A stretch of 32,000 nt of DNA from Phycisphaera mikurensis NBRC 102666 (GTDB lineage: Bacteria; Planctomycetota; Phycisphaerae; Phycisphaerales; Phycisphaeraceae). Location: positions 3,630,001 through 3,662,000 of the forward strand of contig NC_017080.1 in the NCBI RefSeq assembly GCF_000284115.1. Direction: 5' to 3'. The translations under genes were made by a program, and so were the position numbers. Below the pieces are notes generated by a model that saw only the letters and a program-made list of their open reading frames with translations, was not told the DNA's origin and did no database searches. Within the stretch, counting starts at the first letter, position 1, and the number at the start of each line of letters is the position of its first letter. Shown here in pieces: positions 1 through 9,098 of the stretch.

Positions 1-299
1 TCGTAGCGGCCGGCGCCGGGCACGGAGTCGATGTGGGAGCCCAGCAGCAGGACCCTCGGCCGGCTCCCATCGAGCGGAGCCGCGGACCGCCGCCCGATCA
101 GGTTCCCCGCCGCGTCGGTCCGCGGCGCCAGCCCCGCCGACCGCATCCACCCCGCGAGCTTCCCGTGCGCCTCCTTCATCGCCGGGGTCAGGTACCGGCG
201 GGTGATGCGGTCCTCCTCCTCCGAGCAGGCCGCGATCGCGTCGCAGCGGAGCATGGCCGTCTCGGCGGCGGCGAGAGACTCTGGAGACGGAGCGTGCAC
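1..299 (-). CDS. allC: N-terminal part of allantoate amidohydrolase / Zn-dependent M20-family amidase (truncated by window edge)
   Basis: Own reverse-strand translation (not in ORF track): ...LRCDAIAACSEEEDRITRRYLTPAMKEAHGKLAGWMRSAGLAPRTDAAGNLIGRRSAAPLDGSRPRVLLLGSHIDSVPGAGRY. Typical AllC/HyuC N-terminus with the metal-site GSHIDSVP motif. Start GTG at 299 (or ATG at 254). Confidence 0.85.
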   Translation of the reverse strand, partial: MHAPSPESLAAAETAMLRCDAIAACSEEEDRITRRYLTPAMKEAHGKLAGWMRSAGLAPRTDAAGNLIGRRSAAPLDGSRPRVLLLGSHIDSVPGAGRY

Positions 300-306
300 G
301 GCGGAG

Positions 307-312
307 AAGCTA
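307..312 (-). promoter_or_regulatory. Putative -10 (TAGCTT) 7 nt before GTG start at 299
   Basis: Reverse strand reads CCCGTAGCTTCTCCGCCGTG; fits the TANNNT-plus-5-to-7-nt pattern seen at other genes here. Confidence 0.4.
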
Positions 313-390
313 CGGGACACGCTGCGGCCCGCGCCGCCCCCGCCGCCGTTCAAACGTCCAAGGCAACCAAGCGGTCGAAGGATCCAGCCA

Positions 391-609
391 GTCAAGGGGC
401 CAGGCCCCGGCAGTCAAGGGGTCAGGCAGTCAAGAAGAGTCAAGGGGTCGGGCAGTCAAGGGGTCAGGCCCCTGGCAGTCATGGCAGTCAAGGCAGTCAA
501 GGGGTCAGGCAGTCAAGGGGCAGTCAAGGGGTCAGGCCCCTTGACAAGGCCCCTCAACAGGCAGCTTTCGCGCTTTTGAGGGGCCAATCTTTCGAGGGGC
601 CAGGCCCCT
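391..609. repeat. Cluster of GTCAAGGGG direct/inverted repeats (REP/BIME-like), including a perfect hairpin GTCAAGGGG-TCAGG-CCCCTTGAC at 523-545
   Basis: GTCAAGGGG at 391, 413, 439, 455, 496, 512 and 523, plus degenerate GTCAAG at 429 and 487. Inverted arms at 523-545 and AGGGGCC-A-GGCCCCT at 595-609. Confidence 0.8.
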
Positions 610-702
610 TGAAAGGAGGTCCCTCGAACGAGGTACAAGGGGAGTCGCGGCCGCGCACCGGTCCTCCGCACGGGGAGGGTGCGGGCGACGGGGCGGACGC
701 GC

Positions 703-708
703 TACGCT
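703..708 (+). promoter_or_regulatory. Putative -10 (CGC-TACGCT-G) upstream of xdhA
   Basis: CGCTACGCTG at 700-709 matches the recurring CGCTANNNTG element. Confidence 0.35.
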
Positions 709-770
709 GCCCGGTCCCGCGAGGCCGTCGATGCCTGCCGACGCCCGCCGAGCCCGTTTGCCCGACGAAC

Positions 771-2327
771 ATGCGTGACCACGCGGTCCTCTATCTCAAT
801 GGCCGGCGCCGCGAGGTGCGCGGGGCCGACCTGCTGCTGCCGCTGTCGACGTGGCTGCGCGAGAACCAGCGGCTGACCGGCACCAAGATCGTCTGCGCCG
901 AGGGCGACTGCGGGGCCTGCTCTCTGCTGGTCGGCCGCCGCGAGGATCCCGCCGACGACGCCCTCACCTACCGCGCGATCGACGCGTGCATCGCCTTCGT
1001 CTACCAGGCGGACCGGGCGCACGTGGTGACCGTCGAGGGGCTGCGGGAGGAGGACGGCTCGCTGTCGAGCGTCCAGCAGGCGATGGTTGCCTGCCACGGC
1101 AGCCAGTGCGGCTTCTGCACGCCGGGCTTCGTCACCACGATCCACGCGGTCCACGAAGAGCCGAAGCAGGTGGGCGTGACGGTGAACGGCCAGGAGCCCG
1201 ACGAGGAGGAGATCGACTGGCCGCACGCGCTCTCCGGCAACCTGTGCCGCTGCACGGGCTACGTGCAGATCTTCGACGCGGCCAGGGCGGTGGACCCCGC
1301 GTCGCTCACCCGGCTCAACGATCGCTACCCGGCGGCCGCGATGCTCGACGACTTCGACGCCGCCGCCGAGGCCCCGCTCGATGCGAGCTTCGAGCGCGGA
1401 GGCCGGCCCTGCCGCGTCGCCGCCCCCCGCACGCTCGCGGCCGCCGCGGCCTTCCGCGCCGAGCACCCCGCCTGCCGGGTCGCTTCGGGCACGACCGACC
1501 TGGGCGTGCAGCACCGCCACGGCCGCTACGAGCCGGAGGTCGTGCTCGGGCTGCACGCGGTGGACGGACTCGGCGGCATCGACCGGGTGAGCGATGACGA
1601 CGCCGGGGGTGAATCCAAGCGCGAGCACCTGCTCATCGGCGCGGCCGCCACGTGGACACGCATCGCTCGCGAGGTCCAGCGCGACCTGCCGGCGTACCAC
1701 GCCGTCCTGATGCGCTTCGGCAGCCCGCAGATCCGCAACGCCGGCACGCTCGCCGGCAACCTCGCCAACGGCAGCCCCATCGCCGACAGCGTCCCGCTGC
1801 AGCTCGTGCTCGAGGCCGAGCTGGAGCTGATCTCGGGCGCCGGCGTCCGCCGCCGCGTCCCGCTCACCCGCTTCTACACCGGGTACAAGCAGATGGACCT
1901 CCGCGACGACGAGCTGATCGCCGCCGTCCGCCTGCCGCTGCCCATGCCGAGCCAGCGCCTCTCGCTGCACAAGGTCAGCAAGCGGCGCGACATGGACATC
2001 AGCACCTTCACCGCGGCGATCCTGCTCGATTTCGCGGACCGCGACGCCGCGGGCGAGGAAGGCTCCACGATCCGCGGCGCCCGCGTGGCCTACGGCGGGG
2101 TCGCCGCCACGGTCGTGCGGCTCGGGGCCGTCGAGACCTTCCTGGAGGGTGCTGCCTTCACGGAAGCGACGATGCGGGAAGCGGGGAGGATCGCCCGGGG
2201 CGAGCTGACGCCGCTGTCGGACGTCCGCGGCTCCGCCGAGTTCCGGCTGTCGCTCTGCGAGAACGTGATGGTCAAGGCGTTCCACGAGATCGTCGGCGAG
2301 GCCGCGGTGGCGGGGGGTGCGTCGTGA
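771..2327 (+). CDS. xdhA: Xanthine dehydrogenase small subunit (2Fe-2S and FAD-binding domains)
   Basis: MRDHAVLYLNGRRREV...; Fe-S motifs CAEGDCGACSLLV, CGFCTPGF, GNLCRCTGY; C-terminal FAD domain. Start placed by homology at ATG 771, inside the longer open frame from 33. Confidence 0.92.
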   Translation: MRDHAVLYLNGRRREVRGADLLLPLSTWLRENQRLTGTKIVCAEGDCGACSLLVGRREDPADDALTYRAIDACIAFVYQADRAHVVTVEGLREEDGSLSSVQQAMVACHGSQCGFCTPGFVTTIHAVHEEPKQVGVTVNGQEPDEEEIDWPHALSGNLCRCTGYVQIFDAARAVDPASLTRLNDRYPAAAMLDDFDAAAEAPLDASFERGGRPCRVAAPRTLAAAAAFRAEHPACRVASGTTDLGVQHRHGRYEPEVVLGLHAVDGLGGIDRVSDDDAGGESKREHLLIGAAATWTRIAREVQRDLPAYHAVLMRFGSPQIRNAGTLAGNLANGSPIADSVPLQLVLEAELELISGAGVRRRVPLTRFYTGYKQMDLRDDELIAAVRLPLPMPSQRLSLHKVSKRRDMDISTFTAAILLDFADRDAAGEEGSTIRGARVAYGGVAATVVRLGAVETFLEGAAFTEATMREAGRIARGELTPLSDVRGSAEFRLSLCENVMVKAFHEIVGEAAVAGGAS

Positions 2328-4756
2328 GCAGCGTCGGCCTCGCGATCCCGCACGAGTCCGCCGTCGGCCACGTGACCGGCAGCGCCCCGTACGTCGAAGA
2401 CCTCCCGCGGACCGACGGCGAGCTGTTCGTCGCCTTCGCCGGTTCGCCGGTCGCCGCCGGTCGGATCACCGGCATCGACACCGCCGAAGCCGCCGCCATG
2501 CCCGGCGTCGCCGGCGTCTGGACGGCGGCGGACTTAGCCGGTCCCAACGTCTTCGGACCGATCTTCCACGACGAGCCCTTCCTCGCCGACGACGAGCTGT
2601 CGTACCTCGGTCAGCCGGTCGTGGTGGTCGCCGCGGAGACGCGGGCGCAGGCCGAGGCCGCCGCCGCCGAGGTGGTGATCGCGGTGGAGGAGGCGACGCC
2701 GATTCTCGGCATCGACGACGCCATCGAGGCCGGCTCCACGCTCGGCCCGGTCCGCGTCATCGAGCGAGGCGACGTCGCCGACGCCTTCGCCACCGCTCCG
2801 CGCGTGCTGGAGGGCGTCTTCGAGAACGGCGGGCAGGAGCAGTTCTACCTGGAGAGCCAGGCCTGCCTCGCCACCGTCGACGAGCTCGGCCGCGTCCACG
2901 TCCGCAGCTCCACGCAGAACCCCACCGAGACGCAGGCCGTCGTCGCCGAGGCCTTCGGGCTGGGCATGCACGAGGTCGTGTGCGAGTGCCGCCGCATGGG
3001 CGGCGGCTTCGGCGGCAAGGAGACGCAGTCGGCGATCCCCGCGGTGATGTGCGCGCTGGTCGCCCGGCAGACCGGCCGGCCCGCCCGCGTCGTCTACAAC
3101 AAGTCGGTCGACATGCTCGTCACCGGCAAGCGGCACGCGTACCGGTCGCGGTGGCGGGTCGCCTTCGACGACGACGGCCGCGTGCTCGCGCTCGCGATCG
3201 ACTTCGACTCCGACGGCGGCGCCTTCGCCGACCTCTCGACGTCGATCATGGAGCGGACGATGCTCCACGCCGACAACGCCTACGCGCTGCCCGCCTGCCG
3301 CTTCGTCGGCCGGATCGCCAGGACCAACCTCCCACCCAACACGGCCTTCCGCGGCTTCGGCGGGCCGCAGGGCGTGATCGTCATCGAGTCGGTGCTCGAC
3401 GAGGTCGCCGCCGCCTTAGGGATCGACGGCTTCGCCATCCGCCAGCGGAACCGCTACGTCGACGGCGACCCGGAGCGGTCGATCGCGCCCTACGGCGCGG
3501 TCGTGAAGGACCACGTCCTCGGCGAGCTGCTCGACACGCTGGAAGCGAGCAGCGACTTCGCGGACCGCCGCACCGAGATCGAGCGCTTCAACGCGACGAG
3601 CCGGACGCACCTCCGCGGCATCGGCGTCTGCGCGCTGAAGTTCGGCATCTCCTTCACCACGAAGTTCCTCAACCAGGGCAACGCGCTGGTGAACGTCTAC
3701 TACGACGGCACCGTGCAGCTTTCCACCGGCGGCACCGAGATGGGCCAGGGCCTCTTCACCAAGGCTCGCCAAGTGGTCGCCGACGCGTTCGGCATCCACC
3801 ACGAGGCGGTCCGGGTGATGACGACCTCGACCGAGAAGAACCACAACACCAGCCCCACCGCCGCCAGCGCCGGCAGCGACCTGAACAACGCCGCCGCCTT
3901 GGACGCGTGCCGGCAGATCAAGGAGCGGATGGTCCGCTACGCCGCCAAGGCCTTCGCCAGCGAAGAATTCGGCCGCGAGTACTCGGAGGATCACGTCGTC
4001 ATCGCCGACGGCCGCGTCTACGACAGCCGCGTGCCCATCGACGCTCCCACCGAGGCGTACGGCGTCCACGCCTTCGACTTCGGCCGCTTCTGCGACGCCG
4101 CCCGCCGGGACCGCGTCGACCTGGGCGCCCGCGGCTTCTTCTCCACCCCCGGCGTGGACTTCAACCGCGTCACCGGCCGCGGCAACCCCTTCTACTACCA
4201 CACCACCGGGGCCGCGGTCGCCGGCGTGACGATCGACCGCTTCACCGGCGAGATCGTCGTCGACCGCGTCGACCTCCTGATGGACGTCGGCAAGATGATC
4301 AACCCCGGCATCGACACCGGCCAGGTCATCGGCGGCTTCGTCCAGGGCATGGGCTGGTGCACGACCGAGGAGCTGACCTACGACGCCACCGGCCGCCTCA
4401 CCAGCGACAGCCCCACGACGTACAAGATCCCCGCGGCCACCGACGTGCCGCGCGACTTCCGCTTCGGCTTCCTGGAGAACCCGAAGCACAAGACGAACGT
4501 GCGGCAGAGCAAGGCCGTCGGCGAGCCGCCGCTGATGCTCGCCCCGTGCGTGTGGCTCGCGGTGAAGCACGCGATCGGCTTCGTCGGCGACGCGTCGGCG
4601 CTGCGGCTGCCCGCCACCGGCGAGGAAGTGCTGCGGTGCCTCGGCCTCCCGAGACGGGATCCGGCCGACGGCCGCTTCCAGCGCGGCTTCCTGCCCGAGG
4701 ACGCCCCCGCCGAGGCCTGGACCGGAGCGCCCGATGGCGAACCCGCGCGACGCTGA
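2324..4756 (+). CDS. xdhB: Xanthine dehydrogenase molybdenum-binding large subunit
   Basis: VSSVGLAIPHESAVGHVTGSAPYVEDLP..., GGGFGGKETQS, GGTEMGQGLFTK. GTG start overlaps the xdhA stop (GTGA). Confidence 0.92.
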   Translation: MSSVGLAIPHESAVGHVTGSAPYVEDLPRTDGELFVAFAGSPVAAGRITGIDTAEAAAMPGVAGVWTAADLAGPNVFGPIFHDEPFLADDELSYLGQPVVVVAAETRAQAEAAAAEVVIAVEEATPILGIDDAIEAGSTLGPVRVIERGDVADAFATAPRVLEGVFENGGQEQFYLESQACLATVDELGRVHVRSSTQNPTETQAVVAEAFGLGMHEVVCECRRMGGGFGGKETQSAIPAVMCALVARQTGRPARVVYNKSVDMLVTGKRHAYRSRWRVAFDDDGRVLALAIDFDSDGGAFADLSTSIMERTMLHADNAYALPACRFVGRIARTNLPPNTAFRGFGGPQGVIVIESVLDEVAAALGIDGFAIRQRNRYVDGDPERSIAPYGAVVKDHVLGELLDTLEASSDFADRRTEIERFNATSRTHLRGIGVCALKFGISFTTKFLNQGNALVNVYYDGTVQLSTGGTEMGQGLFTKARQVVADAFGIHHEAVRVMTTSTEKNHNTSPTAASAGSDLNNAAALDACRQIKERMVRYAAKAFASEEFGREYSEDHVVIADGRVYDSRVPIDAPTEAYGVHAFDFGRFCDAARRDRVDLGARGFFSTPGVDFNRVTGRGNPFYYHTTGAAVAGVTIDRFTGEIVVDRVDLLMDVGKMINPGIDTGQVIGGFVQGMGWCTTEELTYDATGRLTSDSPTTYKIPAATDVPRDFRFGFLENPKHKTNVRQSKAVGEPPLMLAPCVWLAVKHAIGFVGDASALRLPATGEEVLRCLGLPRRDPADGRFQRGFLPEDAPAEAWTGAPDGEPARR

Positions 4757-5564
4757 ACACGGGGACGACACCCGTTTCCCCGACCGTTTCCCCGAGCTCG
4801 AGGACATCCCGCACGTCGAGATCCTGCTGGTCGACGCCCACGGCTCCACGCCGGCCGACGCCGGCGCCCGCATGGTGGTGACCGAAGCCGGCCGCCACGC
4901 CGGCACCGTCGGCGGCGGACGCCTCGAGGCCAAAGCCATCGCCGAGGCGCAGGAGATGCTGCGGACCGGCGGATCGACGCGCTTCCGCGACTGGAACCTG
5001 CGCCGCGACGTCGGTATGACCTGCGGCGGCACCGTCAAGCTCTACCTCGAGAGCCACAACGCGAGCGACTGGCGCATCGCCGTCTTCGGCGCCGGGCACG
5101 TCACCCAGGCCGTCGCCCGGGTGCTGGTGCAGCTGCCCTGCCGGCTGACCTGCATCGACCCTCGCGCCGACTGGCTCGCGCAGCTGCCCGAGGGCGTGGA
5201 GACCCGCCACCGCGGCGAGCCCGGCGTGCCCGCCGAGGTGGACACGCTGCCGGATCGCACCCACGTGCTGTGCATGACCCGCGGCCACGCCGCCGACCGG
5301 CCGGTCCTGCGTCGCATCTTCGAGACCGGCCGCGGCTTCGCCTTCCTGGGCGTCATCGGCTCCGCGGCCAAGGCCGCGACGCTGCGCCGAGAGCTGGAGA
5401 AGGAGGGCGTCCCCGCCGATCGCATCGCCTTCGAGTGCCCCGTGGGCCTGCCGATCGGCGGCAACCACCCCGCCGAGATCGCCGTCTCCATCACCGCCCG
5501 CCTGCTGCAGGCGCGGGACGCGCCCCGACCGCGGACCGCAGGTGCCAAGCCTCCGAGAGCCTGA
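4734..5564 (+). CDS. xdhC: XdhC family xanthine dehydrogenase accessory/maturation protein
   Basis: DAHGSTPADAGARMVV, GTVGGGRLEAKA, FGAGHVTQAVARVL, FLGVIGSAAKAATLRRELEKEG, CPVGLPIGGNHPAEIAVSI. Overlaps the 3' end of xdhB. Confidence 0.88.
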   Translation: MANPRDAEHGDDTRFPDRFPELEDIPHVEILLVDAHGSTPADAGARMVVTEAGRHAGTVGGGRLEAKAIAEAQEMLRTGGSTRFRDWNLRRDVGMTCGGTVKLYLESHNASDWRIAVFGAGHVTQAVARVLVQLPCRLTCIDPRADWLAQLPEGVETRHRGEPGVPAEVDTLPDRTHVLCMTRGHAADRPVLRRIFETGRGFAFLGVIGSAAKAATLRRELEKEGVPADRIAFECPVGLPIGGNHPAEIAVSITARLLQARDAPRPRTAGAKPPRA

Positions 5565-5589
5565 CGGTCCGCGGAAGCCGTTGGTCGCT

Positions 5590-6687
5590 TCAGAGGACCG
5601 CGTCGAGCCCCGCGAGGATGCGGTCGACGGCCTCGTCCGTGGCCCCGTGGCCCATCAGACCGATCCGCCAGCACTTGCCGGCGAGAGCACCCAAGCCGCC
5701 GCCGATCTCGAGGTGGTGGTCGAGGAGGAGGCGCTTGCGAACGGCGGCTTCGTCGTCCACGCGATCGGGGATGCTCACGAGGTTGAGCATCGGCAGCGTC
5801 CATTCCGGATCGCTGGCGTAGCGGAAGCCACGGGTTTCCAGGCCGGCTTTGAGCCTCTCGTGGACGCGCCGGTGCCGGGCGTAGCGAACCTCCAGGCCCT
5901 CTTCGAGCACGAGCCGGAGGGCCTCGTGCAGCGCGAAGTTCATGTTGACCGGGGCGGTGTGGTGGTACGCCCGGCTGCCGCTCCAGTAGTTGCCCACGAG
6001 GTTGAGGTCGAGGTACCAGGAGTTCGGCTTGGTCTTCCGCGAGCGCACCTTCTCCATCGCACGCTCGGACAGCGACACCGGCGAGAGGCCCGGCGGGCAG
6101 GACAGGCACTTCTGCGTGCCGCTGTACGCGGCGTCCACGCCCCAGGCGTCCAGCTCGACCGGCCGCCCGGCCAGCGAGGTCACGCAGTCCATCACCAGCA
6201 GGCCGCCGTGTTCGTGGACGGCATCGGCGAGGCCCTCGAAGGGTTGCAGCGTGCCGGTGGAGGTCTCGGCGTGGACGAAGCAGACGATCTTGGGCTTCAG
6301 CTCCGCAACTTTCTCCTTGATGAGCGTGCGGGAGAAGCTCTGGCCCCAATCGGCGTGCAGGTTCGTCACGACGCCGCCGGCCCGGCGTGCCTTGTCGGTG
6401 AGGCGGCCGCCGAACACGCCGTTGACGCCGATGAGGCAGGCGTCGCCGGGCTCGACGAGGTTGTCCATCAGCATCTCGGCGCCGGCGGAGCCCGTGCCCG
6501 AGCAGGCGAGCGTCATCTCGTTCTCCGTTCCGAAAACCTGCTGCAGCATCTCCCGGACCTCGTTCATCACCCGCATGAACGCGGGGTCCATGTGGCCGAT
6601 GCACGGCTGCCCGAGCGCTTCGAGCACGGACGGCGGGACGGGAGAGGGGCCGGGGCCGTGGAGGTGGCGCGTGGGGAGGTCGAGCAT
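5590..6687 (-). CDS. pucG: Class V aminotransferase of the alanine/(S)-ureidoglycine-glyoxylate aminotransferase family
   Basis: [50 protein letters not shown]-Lys region [20 protein letters not shown]. The ureidoglycine assignment rests on neighbouring allC and xdhABC. Confidence 0.75.
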   Translation of the reverse strand: MLDLPTRHLHGPGPSPVPPSVLEALGQPCIGHMDPAFMRVMNEVREMLQQVFGTENEMTLACSGTGSAGAEMLMDNLVEPGDACLIGVNGVFGGRLTDKARRAGGVVTNLHADWGQSFSRTLIKEKVAELKPKIVCFVHAETSTGTLQPFEGLADAVHEHGGLLVMDCVTSLAGRPVELDAWGVDAAYSGTQKCLSCPPGLSPVSLSERAMEKVRSRKTKPNSWYLDLNLVGNYWSGSRAYHHTAPVNMNFALHEALRLVLEEGLEVRYARHRRVHERLKAGLETRGFRYASDPEWTLPMLNLVSIPDRVDDEAAVRKRLLLDHHLEIGGGLGALAGKCWRIGLMGHGATDEAVDRILAGLDAVL

Positions 6688-6692
6688 GCGCG

Positions 6693-6698
6693 AGGGTA
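6693..6698 (-). promoter_or_regulatory. Putative -10 (TACCCT) 5 nt before ATG at 6687
   Basis: Reverse strand reads CGTACCCTCGCGCATG. Confidence 0.5.
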
Positions 6699-6758
6699 CG
6701 GGAGGGCCCGCGGCGGCCGCCGCGCCGCAGCCGTGGCCACGGGGCCGTGGGCGAGGCC

Positions 6759-8777
6759 TTAGGCGATCTCGATCATCGCGTGCCCGACCAGCTTCGGCAC
6801 CGTGAAGGTGAGGGTCTCGCCGTCGAGATCGAACCCGATCGGCTCGCCACCGGGGACGCGCTTCACCGACGCCACGCCCGCCGAGCCCCGCACCGTCAGC
6901 TTCAGCCCGTGCAGCGGGATGGCGTCCTCGATGACGTCAAAAGCCTGGCCCCGACGCTCCGGGATGTAGTGCAGCAGGTGCAGGACCCGCCGGCCCTGCT
7001 CCGGTTGCCGGTTCAGCGACACCTGCAGCGAGCTGGGCCCGTCGTGCTCCACGATCGGGTCGGGCAGCACGCGGCGCATCGCGTTGCGGACGAGCCGCTT
7101 GATCCAGCGGGGCGCCTGCTCGTGGTAGCTGCGGAACACCGGGTGGGCGAAGTAGATGACGCGGCCGCCGCCGATCCGCTTCTCGGTGACACCGGGGTAG
7201 ACCTTCTGGAAGCTGGTCGGCGTGTAGCGGTGGCTACAGAAGTGCTGCCAGGCCCGGTTGAAGAACGGCCGCTCGACGGCGGCGAGCACCTCGGTGCCCG
7301 GTCTGGTCCGCACCTGCAGCGCCCGCTGCTGCATCACGTAGCGCGTGGCGTCGAGGCCGTCGAGCAGCTCGGGCCCGGGGTGGATGAAGTCAGGCTCGAA
7401 CTCCGCGGGGCCGACCCGCTCCACGGCGGAGGCGATCGGCTCGGCGAAGCCGGAGCCGTCCGGGAGGAGCCCGCTCTCGTGCGAGGCGATCACCGCTCCG
7501 CCGGCCTCGACGAAGGACTTGAGCTTCTCGCCGAAGGCGGCGTCCACCGGGACCTCGTCGGGAACGACGACCAGCCGGTAGCCGGAGAGGTCCTTCTCGC
7601 TGGTGATCAGGTCGAACTGCGTGCCCAGCTCGGTGAGCATCTTCACCACGCCGAAGTCGGTGCGGCCGTGGGTTTCATCCTGCCAGAGGCCCTCCGCGGT
7701 GGCGTACGCCTCGGGGTTCATCACCGCGACGTCGGTGACCGCTTCGGCCCCGCGGCACCAGGGCTCCTTGGCCTCGATGGCGTGGAAGACGTGGCCGATC
7801 AGCTTGTACGTCGTGGGGTCGAGCTCCCCATGGGGGTGCAGCTGGTCGCCGATGGAGCAGGCCCCGTTGAGCGCGAGCATCTGGAAGACCTCGTACTCCA
7901 TCGCCGCCTCGTTCTTGTAGCCGTGGAAGTCGCCCCAGCTGCCGTGGAACTTGCCGGTCATCCCCAGGACCGGCTTGCCGAGCTCGCGGCCGCTGCGCTG
8001 GGCCACCGGGAAGTGCATGTAGCCCCAACCGCCCGAGGCGAGGCTCTCCACCTCGTAGTGCGTGTACGCCTCGGTGCTGGATCGGTGCCGCGGGCCGACG
8101 TGGCCGGCGTTGAAGTAGATCGTGCAGTCCGGGGTGTGCTGCGGCAGGCCGCGGATGAAGCGGGCCATGTCCAGCTTGAACGCGTCGATCACGCGGCGGG
8201 CGTAGGCCATCTGATCCGCGGGGTTCCGCGGGTCCTTGCCCTCTTTCAACATCGCCTTCAGCCAGCGGGCGTCGAAGGAGAACACGGGCACCACGATGTC
8301 GAACCAGAGCCCGTCGACGGGCATCAGCTCGAACAGCTCTCTCACGTGCTCCTTCAGAAACGACACGTAGCCGGGGTGGCTGACGTCGAGCCGGTCGTAG
8401 AAGCCGGCCTCCAGCGGGCCGCGGCCGGTGCCCCGGCCCTCCTCGTCGATGAGCATCCAGTCCCGGTGGGCGTCCCGGGTGAACTGATCCCACTGCACCG
8501 TCACGTAGATCGGGGCGCGGATGCCGCGGTCGTGGCAGGCGGCGATCTGGTCGGGCAGCAGGCTGGGCCGGGCCAGGTGCGGGTGGATCCGCTCGGGAAA
8601 GGCCTTGCTGGGGTAGTAGAGGTAGCCGTGGTGGCAGCGGGCGAAGAGGTTGATCGAATCGACCCCGGCGGCCGCGAGCGTGTCGCCGAAGCGGTCGGGG
8701 TCGAAGTCCTTGCCGACGCCTTCGATGTCGCCGGAGGTGTGGAAGTCGAGGTGGACCTGTCGATAGCGAAGCTTCAT
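6759..8777 (-). CDS. Glycosyl hydrolase (alpha-amylase/beta-galactosidase-like TIM barrel with C-terminal trimerisation/GATase-like domain), exact family uncertain
   Basis: [22 protein letters not shown]...[18 protein letters not shown]...[15 protein letters not shown]...[31 protein letters not shown]...[34 protein letters not shown]. Confidence 0.6.
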   Translation of the reverse strand: MKLRYRQVHLDFHTSGDIEGVGKDFDPDRFGDTLAAAGVDSINLFARCHHGYLYYPSKAFPERIHPHLARPSLLPDQIAACHDRGIRAPIYVTVQWDQFTRDAHRDWMLIDEEGRGTGRGPLEAGFYDRLDVSHPGYVSFLKEHVRELFELMPVDGLWFDIVVPVFSFDARWLKAMLKEGKDPRNPADQMAYARRVIDAFKLDMARFIRGLPQHTPDCTIYFNAGHVGPRHRSSTEAYTHYEVESLASGGWGYMHFPVAQRSGRELGKPVLGMTGKFHGSWGDFHGYKNEAAMEYEVFQMLALNGACSIGDQLHPHGELDPTTYKLIGHVFHAIEAKEPWCRGAEAVTDVAVMNPEAYATAEGLWQDETHGRTDFGVVKMLTELGTQFDLITSEKDLSGYRLVVVPDEVPVDAAFGEKLKSFVEAGGAVIASHESGLLPDGSGFAEPIASAVERVGPAEFEPDFIHPGPELLDGLDATRYVMQQRALQVRTRPGTEVLAAVERPFFNRAWQHFCSHRYTPTSFQKVYPGVTEKRIGGGRVIYFAHPVFRSYHEQAPRWIKRLVRNAMRRVLPDPIVEHDGPSSLQVSLNRQPEQGRRVLHLLHYIPERRGQAFDVIEDAIPLHGLKLTVRGSAGVASVKRVPGGEPIGFDLDGETLTFTVPKLVGHAMIEIA

Positions 8778-9086
8778 CGATGAACCTTCTACGCGATCCG
8801 CGGGCACCGTGCGCGGCCGGTCCGGGGGAGGACGGTCCGGGCGGCGCCCGCCGGGACCCATCGGCCCGACGCCGCCCGGGGAGCCCGACCCGCCGCGGCT
8901 GCGACCGCGAGCTCCCGCCGACCCCGGAGCCCCGGAGCATCGTGCGCCGTCTCCCGATCGGCCGGCGTCTGCGGGGCGCGTGCCTCGCCAGGGGGCGAAG
9001 CCGCACCGCCCCTGCGGCGCGCTGCGGCCGACGAAGCCGGGGCCACCACCCCCGCGGAGGCGGCCAGAGAAGGTCGCACGGTGCGC

Positions 9087-9092
9087 TAAGGT
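9087..9092 (+). promoter_or_regulatory. Putative -10 (TAAGGT) 6 nt before TTG start at 9099
   Basis: CGC-TAAGGT-GCGCCG-TTG. Confidence 0.5.
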
Positions 9093-9098
9093 GCGCCG

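Noticed and set aside
31-579. 182-aa plus-strand ORF at the left edge
   Set aside because: Lies antisense to the convincing AllC N-terminus and then runs into repeats.
391-609. Repeat cluster considered as a CRISPR array
   Set aside because: Units are about 9 nt with irregular 1-15 nt spacing, are partly palindromic, and no cas genes are nearby.
33-770. N-terminal extension of the xdhA ORF
   Set aside because: Pro/Arg/Gln-rich translation through the GTCAAGGGG repeat region; homology begins at MRDHAVLYLNG (771).
2317-4881. Alternative forward-frame 854-aa ORF overlapping xdhB
   Set aside because: Arg/His-rich shifted-frame translation; xdhB in the correct frame has all Mo-binding motifs.
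8778-8800. TAGAAG element before the glycosyl hydrolase start as another leaderless promoter
   Set aside because: Last base is not T and spacing is 8 nt; the GAAGG is as easily a Shine-Dalgarno, so it was left out of the leaderless set.
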